Below are positions 61,001-64,000 of a stretch of DNA of 64,000 nucleotides, piece after piece; position 1 is the first letter of the stretch; the number at the start of each line of letters is the position of its first letter. Source of the stretch: Azolla caroliniana (lineage: Eukaryota > Plantae > Polypodiophyta); assembly GCA_043228905.1 (NCBI GenBank), contig JBHGNT010000003.1:13268001-13332000 (forward strand). The letters run 5' to 3'. The position numbers and the translations under genes were made by a program. Below the pieces are notes generated by a model that saw nothing but the letters and a program-made list of their open reading frames with translations, did not search any database and had not been told where the DNA came from.

Positions 61001-63742
61001 ACGGCTTACGCGCGAAGAGAAAGGGAAGCAGAAGGTGTCGGATTCCGGCACGGATAGGAACGAGTCAGACCGACGCGAGTCCGACTTCGAGGGAAGTGGT
61101 GACGGGCCTTCAGGAACGAAGTCCGCATTGGCCGAGAAGACCTCGACATCGGCAAATGACCGATTACACCGATCTACCCGCCAAAAGAACCCAGTTGTGT
61201 GGTTTGGATACAACGAGTACATGGCGCATCACTATGCGTACATGACCCGTGTAGCGGAAGTGCGCGAGCCGGGGAGCTACGCAGAAGTGGCGAAGGACGC
61301 GAATTGGCGCGCTGCGATGGAGGAAGAGATGCACGCATTGGCGGAAAACGAGACCTGGGATCTGGTTGACGCACCGAAGCGTGTGAAGCCGATCGGATGT
61401 AGGTGGGTGTAGAAGGTCAAGTACAACACCGACGGCTCGGTCAACCGATACAAGGCCTAGTTAGTGGCAAAAGGCTACGCTCAGAAACATGGCATCGACT
61501 ACGATGAGACGTTCGCGCCGGTCGCAAAGATGAGGACCGTCCGTGTTTTGCTCGCAGTAGCCGCGGCCAAGGGGTGGCACCTACATCAGATGGATGTAAA
61601 GAATGCATTCCTACAAGGTGAGCTTGAGGACCAAGTGTACATGGTACAGCCCCCCGGATTTCACTCCGGAATGAACACGTTGGCAGTATGCCGATTGAAG
61701 AAGTCCCTTTACGGACTGAAGCAAGCCCCGAGTGCTTGGAATGCGAAAATCACGCATTGGCTGCGTCGGATGGGCTTCGCGACATCAAAATCGGACTCCT
61801 CGTTGTTCATTCGGGAAGGTCGACTCGGGCCGATCAGTATTTTACTCTATGTTGATGACTTGGTCATCACCGGCGCCGACCTAGGTGAGATCAACCGCGT
61901 GAAGCTCTAGCTTGTGGCATCATTCGACATGAAGGATCTGGGGGACCTTCATTACTTCCTTGGGATCGAAGTGATCCGCACCCCCGAAGGCATACTAATC
62001 AGCCAATGTCATTACGCGCTGAATATGCTCTTCAAATTCGGGATGGCAAACTGTAAGTCCATCTCGACTCCTCTGGACAGAACTGTCAAGCTTCGCCCCA
62101 ATTCCGGCAAGGTTTGCGATTTGACAAGGTTCCGAGAAGTTGTCGGAAGCCTTATCTATTTGACCATCACCCGACCCGATCTCAGTTATCTGGTCGGGGT
62201 GATCAGTCAATTCATGGCGCAACCTACCGAGGAGCACCTTCAGTGTGCGCAACACGTACTGCGGTACGTAAGCGGCACTAAGGACCGCGGACTGCTATAT
62301 CAGACCGATATAGCCCCGCAGTTGGTCGACTACACTGATGCTGACTAGGCCGGCAATGTCGCTGATCACTGATCCACGTCCGGACATGCATTCTCTCTTG
62401 GGAGTGCCGCGATAGCGTGGAGTAGCAAGAAGCAGCCGACAATTGCACTGTCGAGCACCGAAGCCGAGTATAGAGCAGCGGCTGTCGCAACATGCGACGC
62501 CATATGGTTGAAGCGGCTACTTAAGGATTTGCAAGTCGAGGTGTCCGATCCAACAACGATCTACTGCGACAACCTCAGCAGCATCCAACTCGCGAAGAAC
62601 CCCGTCTTCCACGCACGAACCAAGCACATTCAGGTGCACTACCATTTTGTCCGTGAGCGTGTCCTTTCTGGTGAAGTCAAACTTCAATATGTTCCGACGG
62701 ATCGGCAGACCGCCGACATCTTCACCAAGCCTCTTGGTCTGGACAAGTTGAGGCATTTTTTGGGTGCGCTTGGGTTGCGTCACCTCGACGTGCCAAACTT
62801 GAGGGGGAGCAACGTCCCAGATGACCACGAAAGGGAGTAGGAAAGGAGTGGAAAAGACCTCGGATCGGCTGAAGAAGTCGAGAGCGGATCCGCGGAAGAG
62901 TCCGAAAGCGGACACAAGGGGAGCAGCCGAAAGAAAGAGCCAAAGCCAACCAGGCATGGGGGAGATGACGCCGTCAAGGGCGAGAAGACCGGAGACGAGT
63001 TGGAGACAGCCAACTCGGATGAGAGCAACTCGGAAGAGAGCTCGGACGAGAGCGAAAACCGATCGGAGGTAGCTGAGTCGGTTCGGATGTTTGATTCAGA
63101 TACACTAAATCAACTGAGGGCCAAGCGGAAAAGAAGGCAGTAGGAGAAGCGCCAACACTGCGACAACAAGGGACCTGTGAAGGGCCATAGGAGTAGACAA
63201 GCCTACCAGAAGGGTCGAAGCGCTCGGAGTCGAACATGCCGAGGAGCGCGAGCGAGGCGTGGAGCTAGGAGAAGCCGGAGCGTAGGTCCGACAGAGTAGG
63301 CGGAACCTCAAGTTGAGCTTGAGGGGGAGTGTTGAGAGACAAGCTCAACATTTGTGCATAATACGATGCGTAACTAGTGCATAGACTGGGTGCATAAAAC
63401 CGATACGCAGACCGGTGAGTAGAAAGGCCGTATCGGTGCGTAGACCGAAAGGCCGTTGGAAAGATATTCCTCGTAAGGAATAATTTTGGGAGTAAGTGTC
63501 GAGGCTCATTTATGAGCAGTCAAGTACTCTCAGTACTTGTGTCAGCCCACTGTCAGGGCTTGTATAAAAGTGCTCACTGAGCACATCCTATGTACAGATT
63601 GAGTATTATTTTCGAATTTAAGTTCTTGTGTTACTCTCTCTCTGTCTCTCCCGTGCGTACTGTGCAAACCTAAGCTTTCCATTAAACCTGCGTTTTCTGT
63701 TGTTCGGTTTTCCTATATTGCTTCCGCACGCCATTCTTTTCA
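58027..63742 (+). mobile_element. Element C: full-length Ty1/copia retrotransposon, 5716 bp
   Basis: 413-bp LTRs 58027-58439 and 63330-63742 (about 11 substitutions by eye); TSD AATTT; PBS TGGTATCAGAGC at 58440; PPT GAGGGGGAG. Confidence 0.96.
58522..62840 (+). pseudogene. Element C gag-pol polyprotein (gag, CCHC, protease, integrase, RT, RNase H) with several stops and a frameshift
   Basis: CWYCGKKRHRESEC; WYVDSGASNHM; HSDVWGP; LRSDGGKEY; QNGVAERKNR; QMDVKNAFL; LLYVDD; HARTKHI; ADIFTKPL. Confidence 0.93.
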
Positions 63743-63883
63743 AATTTCGGCACATACCGGAGGATGTGCGGGTTCGGAGGGGGCGAGTGTCGTAGTGTAT
63801 TTCATACACTACGTGAAAAACATATAAAGTACCCGATTTAATAAATATGAAGAAAACAAAAAAAGAAGAGAATACATGTTATA

Positions 63884-63955
63884 TGCATAGGGCAAGATTG
63901 GAACCTTGTACCTCCATGTTAATAATTTGAAGGCTTACCATTACACTAACACATC
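63884..63955 (-). promoter_or_regulatory. tRNA-like Pol III A-box/B-box module in K 3' LTR
   Basis: A box 63948-63938, B box 63905-63895. Confidence 0.55.
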
Positions 63956-64000
63956 ATGAGTGTTAAAGAAGTAAGATATCCCACATAGAAAGGTTATTTC

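Larger units (their letters stand above)
51565..64000 (+). mobile_element. Element K: Trp-primed Gag-only LTR retroelement (older copy) hosting L and C
   Basis: 5' LTR 51565-52296; PBS 52301-52318; decayed ORF at 52335-52465, 56060-58026 and 63743-63787; PPT GGAGGGGGCGAG; 3' LTR from 63788 to the window edge. Confidence 0.9.

Overview
Eukaryotic, almost certainly land-plant, DNA (plant tRNA-Met, -Trp and -Arg primer sites; a non-seed plant is plausible but unproven). It is mostly a nest of retroelements around one intact host gene, a 6-exon ankyrin-repeat + BTB/POZ gene (18488-21880, minus), plus an RPS12 processed pseudogene. The left part holds tandem LINEs with microsatellite tails and nested Ty1/copia elements. 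The right part is a cluster of tRNA-Trp-primed Ty3/gypsy-type elements with 4-bp TSDs: one decayed gag-pol element, three Gag-only derivatives and a solo LTR. One Gag-only copy (52466-56059) has apparently identical LTRs and an intact 695-aa ORF. Main observations: (i) LTRs of the two related Gag-only copies K and L carry an antisense tRNA-like Pol III A-box/B-box module, reminiscent of the 5S module of Cassandra elements; (ii) the Trp-primed insertions sit at CG-centred 4-bp sites; (iii) these families share a conserved U5 motif; (iv) a large inversion has one breakpoint at about 47263. All boundaries and alignments were read by eye.
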